A stretch of DNA of 58,913 nt, the filler included, from Choristocarpus tenellus KU-1152 (lineage: Eukaryota > Protista > Phaeophyceae), in the NCBI GenBank assembly GCA_964200185.2. It is 12 parts of 12 records of this genome, joined end to end, with 100 filler letters (N's around TTAATTAATTAA, not from the genome) between each part and the next. Parts side by side here need not be neighbours in the genome. Positions count along the whole stretch, not along the records: positions 10,717 to 13,384 come from CAXNAD020025799.1; positions 13,485 to 24,231 come from CAXNAD020002740.1; positions 24,332 to 29,447 come from CAXNAD020011818.1; 9 more parts are not named here. One strand, given 5' to 3'. A model generated the notes under the pieces. It saw only the letters and a program-made list of their open reading frames with translations. It searched no databases and was not told the DNA's origin. The translations under genes and the position numbers were made by a program. Shown here piece by piece: positions 12,306 to 25,508 of this stretch. Numbering within the stretch: position 1 is the stretch's first letter; the number at the start of each line of letters is the position of its first letter.

Positions 12306-13293
12306 AAAAACATACGGGTTATACGTACGTACTTTCGAACACTACAGGAACAGTTTTTTTTCTGGGCGCACGTATTTTTTTACCAAGACATCAGAAATTC
12401 AAATTTCGTGTCATTATTATCCTCATCACTGGTGGGGTGACACAAACATCCTCCCGAACAACATACACCACAGCATACTTTTTCTACGAAAATATTGAGG
12501 ATATATCTATATTTTATCAAAAAACATGATAATTGAACGTTGAAATTGGATGTGCTCCTATTCAGAAGATACAATCCTCATACGTGTATGTACCGTATGA
12601 CCAATTATGAATTCAGTGCTATAATATTCTACACACATTAAATGATCCCCACTCCTTCCCCAGCACCTCCCCTAGACTCATTGCCCTGTTGTTTATCTTC
12701 CTGCACCTGGTTAAGATCATAATACCATCTTTCTGCTTTCATCTTTACACTTGTCTATGAAAAGTTCTTGTGATGAGGTTATTTTCTTGAGTTTTTAGCG
12801 CTGATCATCAACATCACAAGCTGTTTGACAAGAGATCCTTGCATGAAGATCTTATTGCATTAACATGGAGGCGTTTCCAAGCCATTGTCTTCATCCCGTT
12901 CATGCAAGAAAATCCCCTGCTCATAGTCGACATACGTATGTGGCAAGGTGATGTTCGTACCTTGACCGGCTTCAACAAGTTTTTCAACTGTGGCTTTTCC
13001 TCCAGTGGACTTTACGTCAACAAATCTCAAACAATGCAAATAATACATCGCTCTTGCTTTTACGCTCCTTCTCCTTTTGTGACGTGTCCTTTTCCTCTGT
13101 GTCATCAAGCTCTTCTAGGTTCTCCGCCTGCACTTACTCTACTCCACACTCAGACTCAAGCATTATTAGGCAGAATCCAGTTCTGATGGCGAGCAAGAGC
13201 TTGCAGATGTCAACCCTTTGTAGCACATTTTGCATAGCATACTTCGCCTCATCCAACTCAGCAAAGGAGTGCATCTCTGTTAGTGACCAGTAG

Positions 13294-13498
13294 GGGTCAA
13301 AATATCTGTGGGGGGGGGGGTCAAGCGTCACTCTTTTTTCGATTTTCACTTTTTTTAATGTGATTTGGTCGCACGTGTCGGTTTNNNNNNNNNNNNNNNN
13401 NNNNNNNNNNNNNNNNNNNNNNNNNNNNTTAATTAATTAANNNNNNNNNNNNNNNNNNNNNNNNNNNNNNNNNNNNNNNNNNNNCACACAAAAAAAAC

Positions 13499-13529
<31 letters not shown>

Positions 13530-13547
13530 TGCCAGATACTTTGAGCC
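13294..13547. mobile_element. TIR termini of family C (GGGTCAAAGTATCTGGGGG) at contig ends
   Basis: GGGTCAAAATATCTGTGGGGG at 13294 and CCAGATACTTTGAGCC at ~13532-13547 lie on different contigs. The same terminus occurs at 10717-10740, 24332-24360, 41732-41774 and 45988-46065, with related ends at ~53546-53600 and 55993-56027. Confidence 0.7.
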
Positions 13548-13746
13548 AAAAATGTAGTTTCATGAAATAAATGTAGGTAACATACATAAACAAAATGCGG
13601 ATCCTACTCACCACACCAGGAAGGACACACTCAGTTGGTACCATTCCAGGTTCACCCTCGTTTTTCAGGTTCCTCTCTCCCTCCAGCAAACCCTTCTTCA
13701 ACGACTGCGTCCCTTTCTCCCCTCGCCTCACCCCCCCCCCCCTCCC

Positions 13747-13781
<35 letters not shown>

Positions 13782-13826
13782 TCCCCCCCTCCCCCCCGCT
13801 TCCCCCCCCCCCCCCCNNNNNNNNNN

Positions 13827-16489
13827 CCCTTTCTCCCCTCGCCTCACCCTCCCCCCTCTCCTTCCCTGCCCCCTCCCTTCACCTCGCCCATTCCCCTTCC
13901 CTCTGACTGGCAAGTTCTCAGCAGCATCCCCCTTCCCTCGACTGCGACCTCCTCTCTCAGAACCCTGACGTCGACCCCCATCTTCTCCGCAATCCCCTCC
14001 CCCTCCCCCTCCCCCACACACCCCTTCCTCCGTAGTTTCAGGCTTAGCTCTGGATTCAGCTCCGTAGCCATCAGGGTTGACCTTAGAATCCAAGTCGTGA
14101 TGATCTTTTTGTTTCCCACCCCCACAAAAGAGAGGGGCCAGTTTTTTCTCCTGGCTTGGTGCTGACTTTGGTTTCCTCTTCACCTCCTCCCTGATACCTT
14201 CACAAGCATCACAATCACCATCACCATCATCTGGAGAGGATGGCCTCAACACCACTCGCACTACCCCTATCCCTGTCCCCTTCCTTTTACCTCTTACCCC
14301 TACCCCCATATTGGTTGCCGCCTCACATGTCGACGGCGATGACACCACTCCAACTCCCCCTGTCCCTGTCGCTAACTGCCCCGCTTCCCACGTCCCCTCA
14401 ACTCCTACCGGCTCTATTTCTACCTCTCGAGCGATCACAGATTGGGTGACACCGGCTCTATCTTGAACACCGACTCTATTTCCAGGCGAAGTCAACGCCG
14501 AAGAGGTTGAGTTGACGGCCTCGGCCCTGGTAGTCAAGGGAGAGACAGGGGGTGCAGATGCAGAGGTCACATTTTCACCCCAGCCTGCGCAGGAGTCAGA
14601 AGGGTTTGTTGCCCCCATGACCTCGCCCATGATTCCTTCATTCGAGGCTGCACCCGCCGATGATGAAGGGGTAGTACTACTAATGGATTTCTTTCTCTTT
14701 GCTGGCAGCTTCAGCCCCGCGGACCTCCGACGAGGTCTGTTGTTTCCTCCTTCACCGTTGTCTTCCCCTCCTGCCACAAACTTGTCAGGCTTTTTCCTTC
14801 TCCTCTTGCCAAGGCCTTGCTCCACTTGTTCCTCACTGGCAACCGTGGCGCCACCATCGCCAACAGACTCGTTCTTTTCGGAAGAACTCTGGCTCTCGCC
14901 AACAACACCGGTTTCAAAACGGTCAGTACCATCAGTCCGGACCCCCTCCTCCGCCTGAACCTCAACAACAAGACCGCTTTCCTTGCCTTCCACACCATCA
15001 CAATCTGTTGTACCTTTAGGAGGTCTGTCCCCCGCCCGGGCAGCTGCAGTACTTCCCTTGAGGAAGATCGGTGCAAGCTTCGTGACAGCAGGACCCGCAG
15101 ACTGCACCAGGACACTGTGTGCAATACCAGTTCCTTCTGTTGGACACAGAGTCAGGACCCCTGTACTATCTTGGGTGCCAGTCCCACATACTCTTCCTGC
15201 CTCAGTCCCTACTCCAATATTGGAGATCCTTGGTCCAGTCCCCTCTCCATTATCTCCCCCAGCACCTGCCCCATCAAGTCTACCTTCTATGGTGCCAATC
15301 TTAGTTCTAGAGATTTTAGGACCATTCCCGTCAGGTCCACATACACCTCTCCCACACACAACTCCAGTAGTACCGTCCAAGGCAATTCCACTCCTTGATA
15401 CCCTGACCTCACGATGCTCTTCTGAGGTCTTGGTTCCAGTTACAACCCCAATTCCAGTCCCGGTTCTAGTACCGGTTCTAGTACCGGTTCTAGTCCCAGC
15501 CTCGATTTGTGAAACAGTCCCAGTTCCAGCCTCAACAGTCGGTCCAGTTCTAACACCCATAGTCCCAGCCTCGATTTGTGAAACAGTCCCAGTTCCAGTC
15601 TCAACAGTTGGTCCAGTCCTAACATCCACCAGGTTTGGGATATCATTTCCTCCTCCTACAGTGGGTATATTCTGACCCAAAGAGTTGACATGGACAACCT
15701 TGACAGCAGCATCTCCTCTCACTGCCGCTTCATTTGGCAGGGGTTCAGCCATCACTTCACGTAAACTTGAGGGGCGATGCAATTCCAGCAGCAGGGGCTG
15801 GTCCAGTGATGGCAGGGAAGGCGGTGGAGACAAAGAAGACAGACCAGTTCCGGACTGGTTCTCTCCTGGGGTATCAGCTACTACACACAGGGCCGGAGAC
15901 AACCATGAGGCATCCACTGGCACTGCTGCTGTTTTGGCAGCTGTCCCTTTCTTAGCCTCTCGAAAAACTTTTTTGGGGCATCTATTTTTCGTACTCTGCT
16001 GTTGCTGTTGCTTCTTGTTGATGTTGTCACCATTTGCCTGCAGATGTTCTATGCTAGTATGGTTCCCCTTCCCGGCAGGCGCAACAGCCAACACATGGTC
16101 AACCACCGACCCTGCTTCCTCTCCACTCCTCCGTCTGCTGCTGGTACTGATGATAGTCCTTGCTGCACCACCACCGTCTCCCCCCGGCAACCCTTCCTCC
16201 AACCCCAACCCCAAAGGCTTACTCCTTGAAAGTTGCTGCTTCGAGACCAATGCCAAGGGACTGTCTGTTTCATTGGTCACGCTAGAGAGGGTATCGTCGT
16301 CAGCAGTACAAGAACTTGAAGTATGGGCTTGGTCACTCCTCCTCATCCTCCTCCTTCCACTTCTTTTTCCTTTTTTCCTTGCAGTGTTACCTTCACTGAC
16401 ACAATCAGTCCGGCTCTTCGCACAGGCTGCGGCGGCAGGCGCCTGGGGTGCCCCGGGGTGCACTCGGAGATCGTTTGACCCATCTGGTG
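13827..16489 (-). CDS. Very large low-complexity internal exon (~880 aa, G/T/S/E/K-rich, probably disordered) of an unidentified, probably nuclear protein
   Basis: More than 2.6 kb open frame, with a pyrimidine tract plus AG acceptor at 16491-16490 (CCCCTTTCAG|CACCAGAT). It has basic NLS-like clusters (RKKGKRSGRRRMRR, KRRRKKPDKF, KRKK) and two KLAP[IL]F motifs. The 3' end is obscured by poly-C and an N gap. Confidence 0.75.
15455..15622 (-). repeat. In-frame coding tandem repeats (69-bp x2 and 12-bp x3)
   Basis: VRTGPTVE[TA]GTGTVSQIEAGT occurs twice, followed by (RTGT)n. Confidence 0.85.
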
Positions 16490-18846
16490 CTGAAAGGGGC
16501 AGAAGGAGAGGAGGGTAAGAAGAGGAATGAGTCCAACAAAACCGAGACACAAATATATTATCAAGTGCCAACTCCACTACTAAAAAATAAAAAAATGAAC
16601 ACAGTATTTTAATTAAGAAGTGTTTGTTGGCGATAATTTTCTTGTGAAAACTAAGATATAACTTCTATCAAGCTCAAAAGTGACATTTTGGGATTGGCCT
16701 GGTTTGGGGCCACGGCAGTAAAAAACAAATGCCCGAAAACGAAAATAAGCGTGCCCACACAAATGAGGTAAAAGATCTCACAGGCTACTTTGACACTTCA
16801 GTAGCACAGTTATAGCCCAGTATTCAAACATTGTACAAATCTTGGCATGGATACAGGCATCACCTATGTTCTACAACCACCTTCGAACGTCTCACTGTAT
16901 ACAAACTATTCATGCACAAGACCCTCAAATTCAGTCTCATACATCATACGTCGGTGATGTATCCTAAACAGGCAACTGACAATGATCCAACATCGGTCCT
17001 ATCCCTAACATTAGAACACAATTTATTCCACCTTGCAGAGGAGCAAGTGTAGGCTCTGAGTCAAAGACTGCATTACTCCTAATTGCCTGCCTGTGGTGTT
17101 AGTCCCCAAATCGCTCAGGACTTCCAAATAATAGCATCATACTTATGACCCAACACCTCCCCATTCATGTAAACCTTCCTCCTACTATTTGGACCGTCTA
17201 ATTTGTTGAATATCCCTCCATATTTATGGGAGCCCTCCTCCTACTGTAACAGTTGGACTGTCTCAATTGTTGAAAACGCCTCCACTATTGTGGAAATCCT
17301 CTTATTTGAACTGTCTCTCATCTCATAAACGTCTTTATACCTTTGGAAACCTCCGTCCTGTTTGTACCACTGCCTCATACGTTGAAAAGGCCTTACCACT
17401 TGTGGAAATCCTCCTCAATCCTCCTCCTCTCCTCCTTGTGGCACTGTCATTCTTCGTTGGGAAGGTACCCACACTACCACCAGTGAGGGATGACCTACCT
17501 CAAAGTAATCCTAGCACAAACACATACACAACTACATGCAACGCTGCTATCCCCATAGCAATCGTGTTCAAGGGATTTAAATTAGAAAAAGTGTGACAGT
17601 TGGTAGTATTATGGCAAGAAAAATGAGGTATCCACAGAAAAGTTGGGGATATTTGCGCACCTCCCGAAGTAAGCGATGGAACTACTGGCGTCGGCTCACG
17701 TACAAAGCATAGCTTACCACCCGCCAGGCCAAGCTTTGCAGTGTGTTGAGGAGAGCTCGCCTCCTTCTTCTCGCCATGTACATATCATAAGGTTGGGCAT
17801 GGGGAGAAGGAGGGAGGGGGTGGGTTCATAGAAGGCTAGGACGTTACTGGTGATCGAAATGGTACAAGTGTTGATACGGTGAATAGAGGAGGGTTTCGTC
17901 ATTAGGTGGAAGCTGGAAGAATATGCAGTATGGTGGGCAGAAAAAGTGATGAGAAGCTTTAGAGAAAGCGGTGCGATGGGGGCAACGATGTGATGAGGGA
18001 GAAGGGGTGGAGGGAGCAAAGCTTGGTCGTTGTGAAGGATGTGGGCGATGAAGGGCTAGCACAGGGTTTCACCAGGTTCTAGAGTCACATGTGTTTTCCC
18101 ACAAAGATTGGTATGCCTAGCCATAGACAGTAGTAGGCAATGACACTTTTCAATCACCTGTACCTTTGGCTCTTGATTTGATGTCGCGTATGGGAACGGT
18201 AGGTACATGTATGTACAGGCAACTGAAATCGACGGTGGGAAGACTACTTGAGGTTCTGAAGCTTTCCTAAAGGCGGTAGGTATTGAAAAGATAACCACTG
18301 GGAATGGACATTCAGTCCTCCCTCTAGCCTATCGAGAAAGCAAGTATTGCCTTCACTGCAGTCTGCACAGGGTGGCCTTTCGCCAACACCAACTACTCTC
18401 CATCTAGCCCACCCCCTTTCCCTCAGTACAAAGTAAACCAAAGAGCATCACATTTACCGAAGTAGACATTCCTCACACGTCCTTCACGAGGGTTCAATCT
18501 CGACCTTTCCAGCCTTCAGCCTTGCTGCTCTACCTCTCTAAGTGTGAGTGTCCCTCAACTCCTCATAGAGATGACTATGTCTCTCGCGCTACTCTGCTTC
18601 AAGCCGAAAAAATATATAGCGGAAACTGGGATATATGCGCCTACTGTAGAGCACCCATCGAAATCTCGTCGTGCTGTCCAATGATTTGGTAGCTTCACCC
18701 GTCCTTGGAGTCCATGACTTTCCGTCCCCTTCCCCTCTACGAACAACTCTAGGAATTCAAATTGTGGCGCGCACTCGCATTTCGCGCGATTTGAATTCAA
18801 ATATCTTGAGTGTGTTCTCCACTCTCTTTCTCCACATCCCAACACT

Positions 18847-21479
18847 ATGGCATCGAAGGAGTGGGACGCTGCAGCAGCAGCAGGGGATGCAGGTTTATTT
18901 TGCAGTCTAGTCTTGGGGGCAGTCGGTGGGCAAAAAAATCGGGCTTCAAAGCTCCTCGGAGACGCGTTGGCCCTATCGCAATTGAAACAGGGTGGATCGC
19001 ATACCACCGAAGGTAGACAGGAAGGTCGTTAGTGTTAGAATTGCCATACCCACCAACCGGGCACGACGATGAAATTCTCTTTATTTCCGCCTTATGCAGG
19101 GATAAGGCTCTCCTAGCAAGCACGAGTTGAAATGAGGTCGAATGAACGAACACGTCAAACATGAAAGAAAGGGGTAGCTATTAGTAGGGAGCATATATGA
19201 CATGCCCTCGAATGTGCATCGCCATCAGAACCAAGGTAGCATGGAAAGGGGAAAAATAAAAATAGAAGAAAAGTGAGAAATGGGTGTTCATTTTTTCTCG
19301 CCTAGTTCACCCCTTTCTCCCTGTCCCCGATCTGGATTGCCTTCCTGTTGGACCATACCGACTTTGCACCCACACTGGTCAAGAATCCTACCCTTCAAGG
19401 AAATCAAATTAATATGCATTCGCGGTGATCCCGGGTATGACCTGGATTACGTGCAGTTTGGAGTGACTTCTGGTTAGTGACACAATCATGGCAGACGCTC
19501 GTATTTGCCAATCAGGAAAACTGAATACAAATTGGGACCACTTCGATGTTCACCTTCACGACTTGGCATCGATACATGACTCCACTCACCTTAATGCAAA
19601 CCTCCCAGGCATTACCTGCCACACAATCCGGTTATACATGGTCAGTTGACGCTGCTCACTTTGCAGGAGGTAGTACAGGAATGTTCGGCAAGCGTCCCTA
19701 ACACAATAACACAAGGACGTTGGTTAGTCCGTTTAACTGCTATCTCAAAGGTCAAGCTACGGCACTATTGTCCCTCAGAAGCAAGAGCACCCATTCATAA
19801 GAAAGCATCGTGGGAGATTGATATTGAACACCTCAGCAGAGTTGCCACCTCCTGCAGACAAAAGACGCAGCAAAATATTTACACCCATACCACACATACA
19901 TTTTGATACTATTTATAGTTAGGATACCTCAAACTGGAGGCATTTCTAATACAATTATAAAGCCAAGTCTTCAGAGGGAAGCCTTTCAAGCGAGGCTAAA
20001 AAACGCTTTTCTTGGGGCGACAGTTGGGGGCGGGGTGAGCAGCATCTCTGATTGGTCGGTTGACACTCCGTACTAATTCTTGTATTACTTTATCACCTCT
20101 CTACAAGAAACATTTCTGAGATAATTGAACCTGAGAAACCAAATCTCGTACTCCCTGATTCTAAAGACAAACCACAAGAGGCAAGGAGAAGAGTTGTGAT
20201 CAAAGCTATCCATCCCCCCTCTTCAAATCCCAACAACACGCATATCTTTTGTTTTTGTTTCACTCTCCAACACCCCCTGTTTGCCCAAAACCTCAATCCC
20301 CCACTCCCTCTCCTAACACCAATCATGTCACACGGGCTGACACAGGGGATGGCACACCAGGAGGGGGGGCAGGGGCTGGGGGGAGAGATTATGGTGGTGG
20401 AACTCCCCTCTGTGTGCTTTCTAGCATACAGTGCCTCCATCCAAGGGGTCGTTTCAACCTCGAGTTCCGCACAGAAGGAGTGACTTTCAGGGGCAAGGCA
20501 GCTAACGTGACTGCCGCCTGGGGGAATATTCTTCACATTATCAGGTCTTTTTTGACCTCCCATTTACCCCCCAACTTCCCTCTCTTCCCCCCCTGTGCCC
20601 CACGCTCGAAAATGTTTGGTGAGACCATGTCCCCCTTGATTGACCTCTACAAATTTATTTCTGTTGCTTTCTCTTTAAAGTGCACATATGCACTTACACA
20701 ATCTGTTTCTATCCATTATTCTGTTTGTACTGTCCGTACTGTTTGTATCCATTATTCTGTTTCTATCCATTATTCTGTTTGTACTGTCCGTACTGTTTGT
20801 GTTGCTACTACTGCTACTCTACCTCCTTTTTTGTATGCTTCAAGGACTTCGTAGCACCCTAGACCTCTACACTCTAGGTTCTAACTACACTACCACCACT
20901 CCCGCCACAAAGGCTTTGTGATTGCCTTCCTCATCATTCACTCAGACAACTAATCCCACCTCTGGTTAGCACTTAGCACGCCTTCCTCCATGAAAATCCA
21001 GCGCAAGAATTGCTTGTACATAGCGGCAGTATCACAGCAACATTTTGTTAAGTAAATCAATATCCCCACCTTTTTATTTTTGTCTTTTCTTTACTTCTTT
21101 TTTAGAAAAATCAATTATCCAAATAGAATAGAATGAAGTGGCTACTACTACTACTACTACTACTACTACTCTGCTTACGGTCTGCTGTGTGGCGTGCTCT
21201 TGCCAGGTTCCCTCGGCCAGAAGGATATGGAGGAAACAAGGCAGGGGGAGGGGCCGGGGCAGGGGATGGGAACAGCGCAGATATGATTGCTGTCCCTGTG
21301 AAGGAGCCCTTGCTGAGCGGAAAGACCAAGGTAAGAATCGGCCACTACTATTGTATATACTAATAACACACAATATTGACCGTATAAAACGAATGAAAGA
21401 GAAGCTCGCCAACTGCCTGCCCTATTGTATTTTGGCTACAGAGCTCTTCCACGAGATCTTGGCTACACTGAGCAAGAGG

Positions 21480-21510
<31 letters not shown>

Positions 21511-21837
21511 GCTGATGCAACCCTCTTGACTTCAAAGTAATAACAGTAGTGATAATATTAATGATATTTTGTGATCCTGTTTATTACGGTCAGCACGTGT
21601 GGTGTACAAGGTGCTTTCAAGAAGATCGTTAGCGTTGTTTGTAAATGAGGTCCTTTTGCGCTTTTGTGTCTCCCGACCAATCACTTGGTTTGGTTTGATT
21701 TGATTTGATTTGATATGATTGGAATGGACTGAATTGAATTGAATTGAATTGGATATATCCCCATCTTGCTTTCGCACCTCTCTGTCTGACTGTCTTTCTT
21801 TCTGTTTGTCTGTCTCTCTCTGTTGTCCTTTTGCCTA

Positions 21838-21875
<38 letters not shown>

Positions 21876-21992
21876 ACACATTGTGCCTGTCCATATCCCA
21901 TATTGATTAAGATCGGTATGATTCTGATTAAGCCTGATCCAAAGGTCAACCCGCCGGAGGTCACCCTCACACTTGAAGGGGTTTCCAGCAAG
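18847..21992 (+). CDS. SSRP1/Pob3/Rtt106-like PH-domain histone-chaperone family protein, 5' part (4 exons)
   Basis: Phase-compatible GT-AG exons are 18847-19012, 20346-20544, 21207-21330 and 21912-21992. They splice to MASKEWD...IQCLHPRGRFNLEFRTEGVTFRGKAANVTAAWGNILHIIRFPRPEG...DMIAVPVKEPLLSGKTKIGMILIK. This parallels the SSRP1 middle-domain pattern CLTPRGRYDI...LHGKT.DYKI....V.RLF.LP...FVISLDPPI.QGQT.Y..LIL. Confidence 0.7.
21690..21872. repeat. Intronic microsatellites (GATTT/GAATT)n and (GCCT)n
   Basis: Directly visible. Also (TAC)n at ~21143-21170 and (AT)n at ~21483-21510. Confidence 0.9.
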
Positions 21993-22594
21993 GTGTTGAG
22001 GCGTGTTTGTTTCTCGACCGTTTTACTCCTCTCCCTCACCTCTCCCTTCCATTGAATATTAAGTATAAGCTATTTTTTTATTACGTTGATTACAATATTC
22101 AGATTTTACATTTATTTGTATTTTTTTCGAGATTTTGATATTTTTTCTATGTTTCCGTAGCTTTTTCTTTGCCATTCTGAAGGTCTCAAAAAAGGGATGA
22201 AGAGATGTGTGTACCCAACCCTGACACTAGAGCCCATCTACATAACATGTATGTGTATTAAATATTGATGTTGACTCACAATAAACAATAATGCTTGAAA
22301 CAGTTAGGTATCAGTGTTCCTCTTTTTCGCAGCTAGGATTAGAGTTGATGCCTAACCTCCGCAGTATCTGGAGACGTGATCATGTACAAACTCAACTGAA
22401 ACACGCCTTCCTGGAGATTGCGGATTGTTAGTGTTTCTATGACACATAGTACATTAAGTGCACAATACATGATCCAGGGATACTTTCCAGAGTTACGGTC
22501 AGGGCTCTACACTTCCCATCCCTGTAAAGGGTACTTTATTGATCAAGTACTGTGTATTATGTGTATTGTACATATCTACAGAGTTGGCATACGT

Positions 22595-22645
22595 ACGTAC
22601 ATACATACATACATACATACATACATACATACATACATACATACA

Positions 22646-22679
<34 letters not shown>

Positions 22680-22721
22680 CATACATACATACATACATAC
22701 ATACATACATACATACATACA
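22595..22721. repeat. (TACA)n microsatellite
   Basis: About 31 near-perfect TACA units. Confidence 0.95.
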
Positions 22722-23186
22722 TTGAATCGTATCAGGTAAATGGAAGGCAAGTTGAGATGATCGTGACTTTACTCACAAGACTTTCAACTCACGACTGCTC
22801 CTCCCCGGATAAGAGCATTTTCAATACCAGAGATGGGAGAGGGTAAGAACAAAAAACACACAAAGTGGACTCTGCGTGTTATCCTCAACAACATACCTCA
22901 TGTAGAGGGAGGGAGGGGGCTCTAAGCGCTCTATCTGTGCTAGAGAACGTTATACATTGTATTACAGAAGCAAGTGGTCCAGGCATTATGAATGCTCGTT
23001 ATATGTAGAGAGGGTAGTGCAGACACATCACATTGGGGATTGTACTACTGTTCGAGGCATGCAGCCGTTGTACTATAAACGCCTGACTAGTTGAGACAGA
23101 TCTTTGAAAATGTAAGCTGGAGGAAGATTATAAAACGCAGACATTTCATTGGCCGCTGTTTCTTCTCTTCGGGTCCTGTGTGATAT

Positions 23187-23190
<4 letters not shown>

Positions 23191-23243
<53 letters not shown>
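23191..23243. repeat. (CT)n microsatellite
   Basis: About 26 CT units. A (TG)n tract follows at ~23906-23942. Confidence 0.95.
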
Positions 23244-23245
<2 letters not shown>

Positions 23246-24161
23246 GCACACAACCCTCTAGTCTATTTTGTCAATATAAATAATATGTATGTGTTTGATT
23301 CTCTAAATAGAAAGTACTTCGAAGTCGACCGTTGTGTCTTTTTTTCTTATCCCTTTATGAGGCAAGGGTGGAACTGATCTGAGAGGGGGTGTTGTTTGTT
23401 AATTGTTTTTGTTATCGAGCTTTCAAGGGTTAGGGTTAGTCCCTATGACTGCCTTGTGACTGGGTTTATAATTAGTATTTGAGTTGTAAGTAGGGATAGG
23501 GATGGTTGGGGTTATAATTAGGGTTAGAGATGTAAGTAGGGGTATGAACTGGCACCACGTTTTTGGCAGTTTTTCTTACAAAACTTGCTCTTCCTTCTAT
23601 ATGTGCACGTATGCTCTGTTGCCACTTGGTTGCAATGCCAAGAGGTTTTGTTCAAGGTTTTTGGGGAGGTAGTTGAAGAGCAGGAGAGGTGAAGGAAGTG
23701 GTTTCCTGTGCCACAACAACAATCACAGGGTCTTTTTAACTTTGCTCGCGGTGTTGGTTGTGTCTAATTCTTGGAGCTGATTCTGAACTGACCAAGCAAA
23801 CCCAACCTCTGAAAACCCCGAACATACATGCGCTTTTTTTAGGACATGGATGTTTCTTTTTCGTACTGCAATACAACACCCAACTTTATTCATACAAAAC
23901 CACAATGTGTGTGTGCCTGTGTGTGTGTGTGTGTGTGTGTGTTCCATCTCGTGAAAAAAAAAAAACAGATGTGAGAGGGGCATGAAGGTGGGAAACAATC
24001 GATGAAATAGAAACAGATTAAAAAAGATAGATTAAATAATATCGATAACAATCATGAACATAAATTGACCCCTAACTATAGGATTGCAGCAACCTATGGA
24101 GTAATTTGATGCACAAGCCCTGAATCAACCCCAATTATATATATATACCTAACCCCCCCCC

Positions 24162-24199
<38 letters not shown>

Positions 24200-24200
24200 A

Positions 24201-24231
<31 letters not shown>

Positions 24232-24931
24232 NNNNNNNNNNNNNNNNNNNNNNNNNNNNNNNNNNNNNNNNNNNNTTAATTAATTAANNNNNNNNNNNNN
24301 NNNNNNNNNNNNNNNNNNNNNNNNNNNNNNNCCGACACCCCCCCCCAGATACTTTGACCCTGCAACAGCCAACACACTGACTTGATCCTTCCCTGCTCCA
24401 TTCCATGGTCCAGCCTTCACTACTCCACTGAATCGAACGCAGTGTAAGGGATGAGCAACGACCACATTTCGATCGACCTCAAAACAACCGGTTCATCGCA
24501 ACCACCCACCACACAATAAAGCTTGACACGATTTTTCTTCTCCTTTCCAAAGAGCTGATGGCAGGGTGTTCACCTGAGAGCGATTTCGCTGCCCATGACA
24601 GAGGAAGTTGAAGCTCATATCCCAACACTACACAATAAAAATACTTGTGTTAAATCACAAGCCATCCCCACTTGCCTTGACCTTGTTATTCGCTGGTCAG
24701 GTTAATTGTTTTTACAAACGTAAGGCTCGGCAAAACCTATTCGTAATACAAGACGTTCAGTAGCCCAAAAGAATATGTTTACATCAAGCACAATCTGCCC
24801 AGCATATCGACAGGAGCCCCTCATTCGACGAATTCAAACATTGTAGTACTGCTAGGAGGGTTGGAGTATGTTATCTCTCCATGTAGATTGCAGCCTTTCA
24901 TCGGTTTCTTTGATATTACAGCATACTTCAC

Positions 24932-25508
24932 CTGTGCAGTGGCACTGCGGGCGATCATCATTGCAGTGGGGTGCTGGATTTGCATCTCGTGAAGCAGTAC
25001 CCTGCCATCTTTTGTCAACTTTATCTGTCCCGCCCCGCCCACCAGCATCTTAAGTGTCCCACGAGGGCCTGATGCAGTATGCACGAATAGGAGCAACAGG
25101 ATAGCCCAAAAGGATAAGTGTCGTAGGCAGTATCGAGGTGGTTGTCAGAGAATAAACCACCCACACTTAGATTGGTGTTGCAAGACAGACATCAAAAAGG
25201 GGGAAAAGGTTGGGCAGCTCGAAGATGATCACAGCACCGATAACCATGACAAGAGGAAATCTCGGCAGTGAGGAGGGTGGCAATAGAACATATTTTAAGA
25301 GCAGGGAATCTTAAACAGGGAGGGAAGACATCATTTTATGCTGTTGGTTGCGAAAATAAGATCTATCCTTCCCTTTACCAAATACCTCACCGAGATTTGT
25401 CTTCAGCACATTTTGCAGCCCCCTTGCCGCGGCCACATTGACCATCAGCGCCTGCGTCTTAGAGACTACCTCAGCATTGGGGCTCACAAATCGTGTCGGC
25501 GCCGCCAT
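24932..25508 (-). CDS. CCT6: T-complex protein 1 subunit zeta (CCT6), exons 1-2
   Basis: Exon 1, 25508-25391, reads [40 protein letters not shown] with a GTGAG donor. Exon 2, 25068-24932, reads [45 protein letters not shown] with a GTGAAG donor. The motifs are diagnostic for CCT-zeta and the phases match. The remainder is off-contig. Confidence 0.95.

Noticed and set aside
14240-16518. Long plus-strand ORFs (230 aa, 277 aa and others)
   Set aside because: They are antisense shadows of the GC-rich minus-strand exon.
17714-18520. Candidate first exons for the giant-exon gene (for example MYMARRRRRALLNTLQSLAWRV|GTAAGC)
   Set aside because: The splice phase does not match the 16489 acceptor and no consistent chain could be built.
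21532-23998. ORFs with HTYI, SLSL, QAGR or CVCV repeats
   Set aside because: They are translations of microsatellites.
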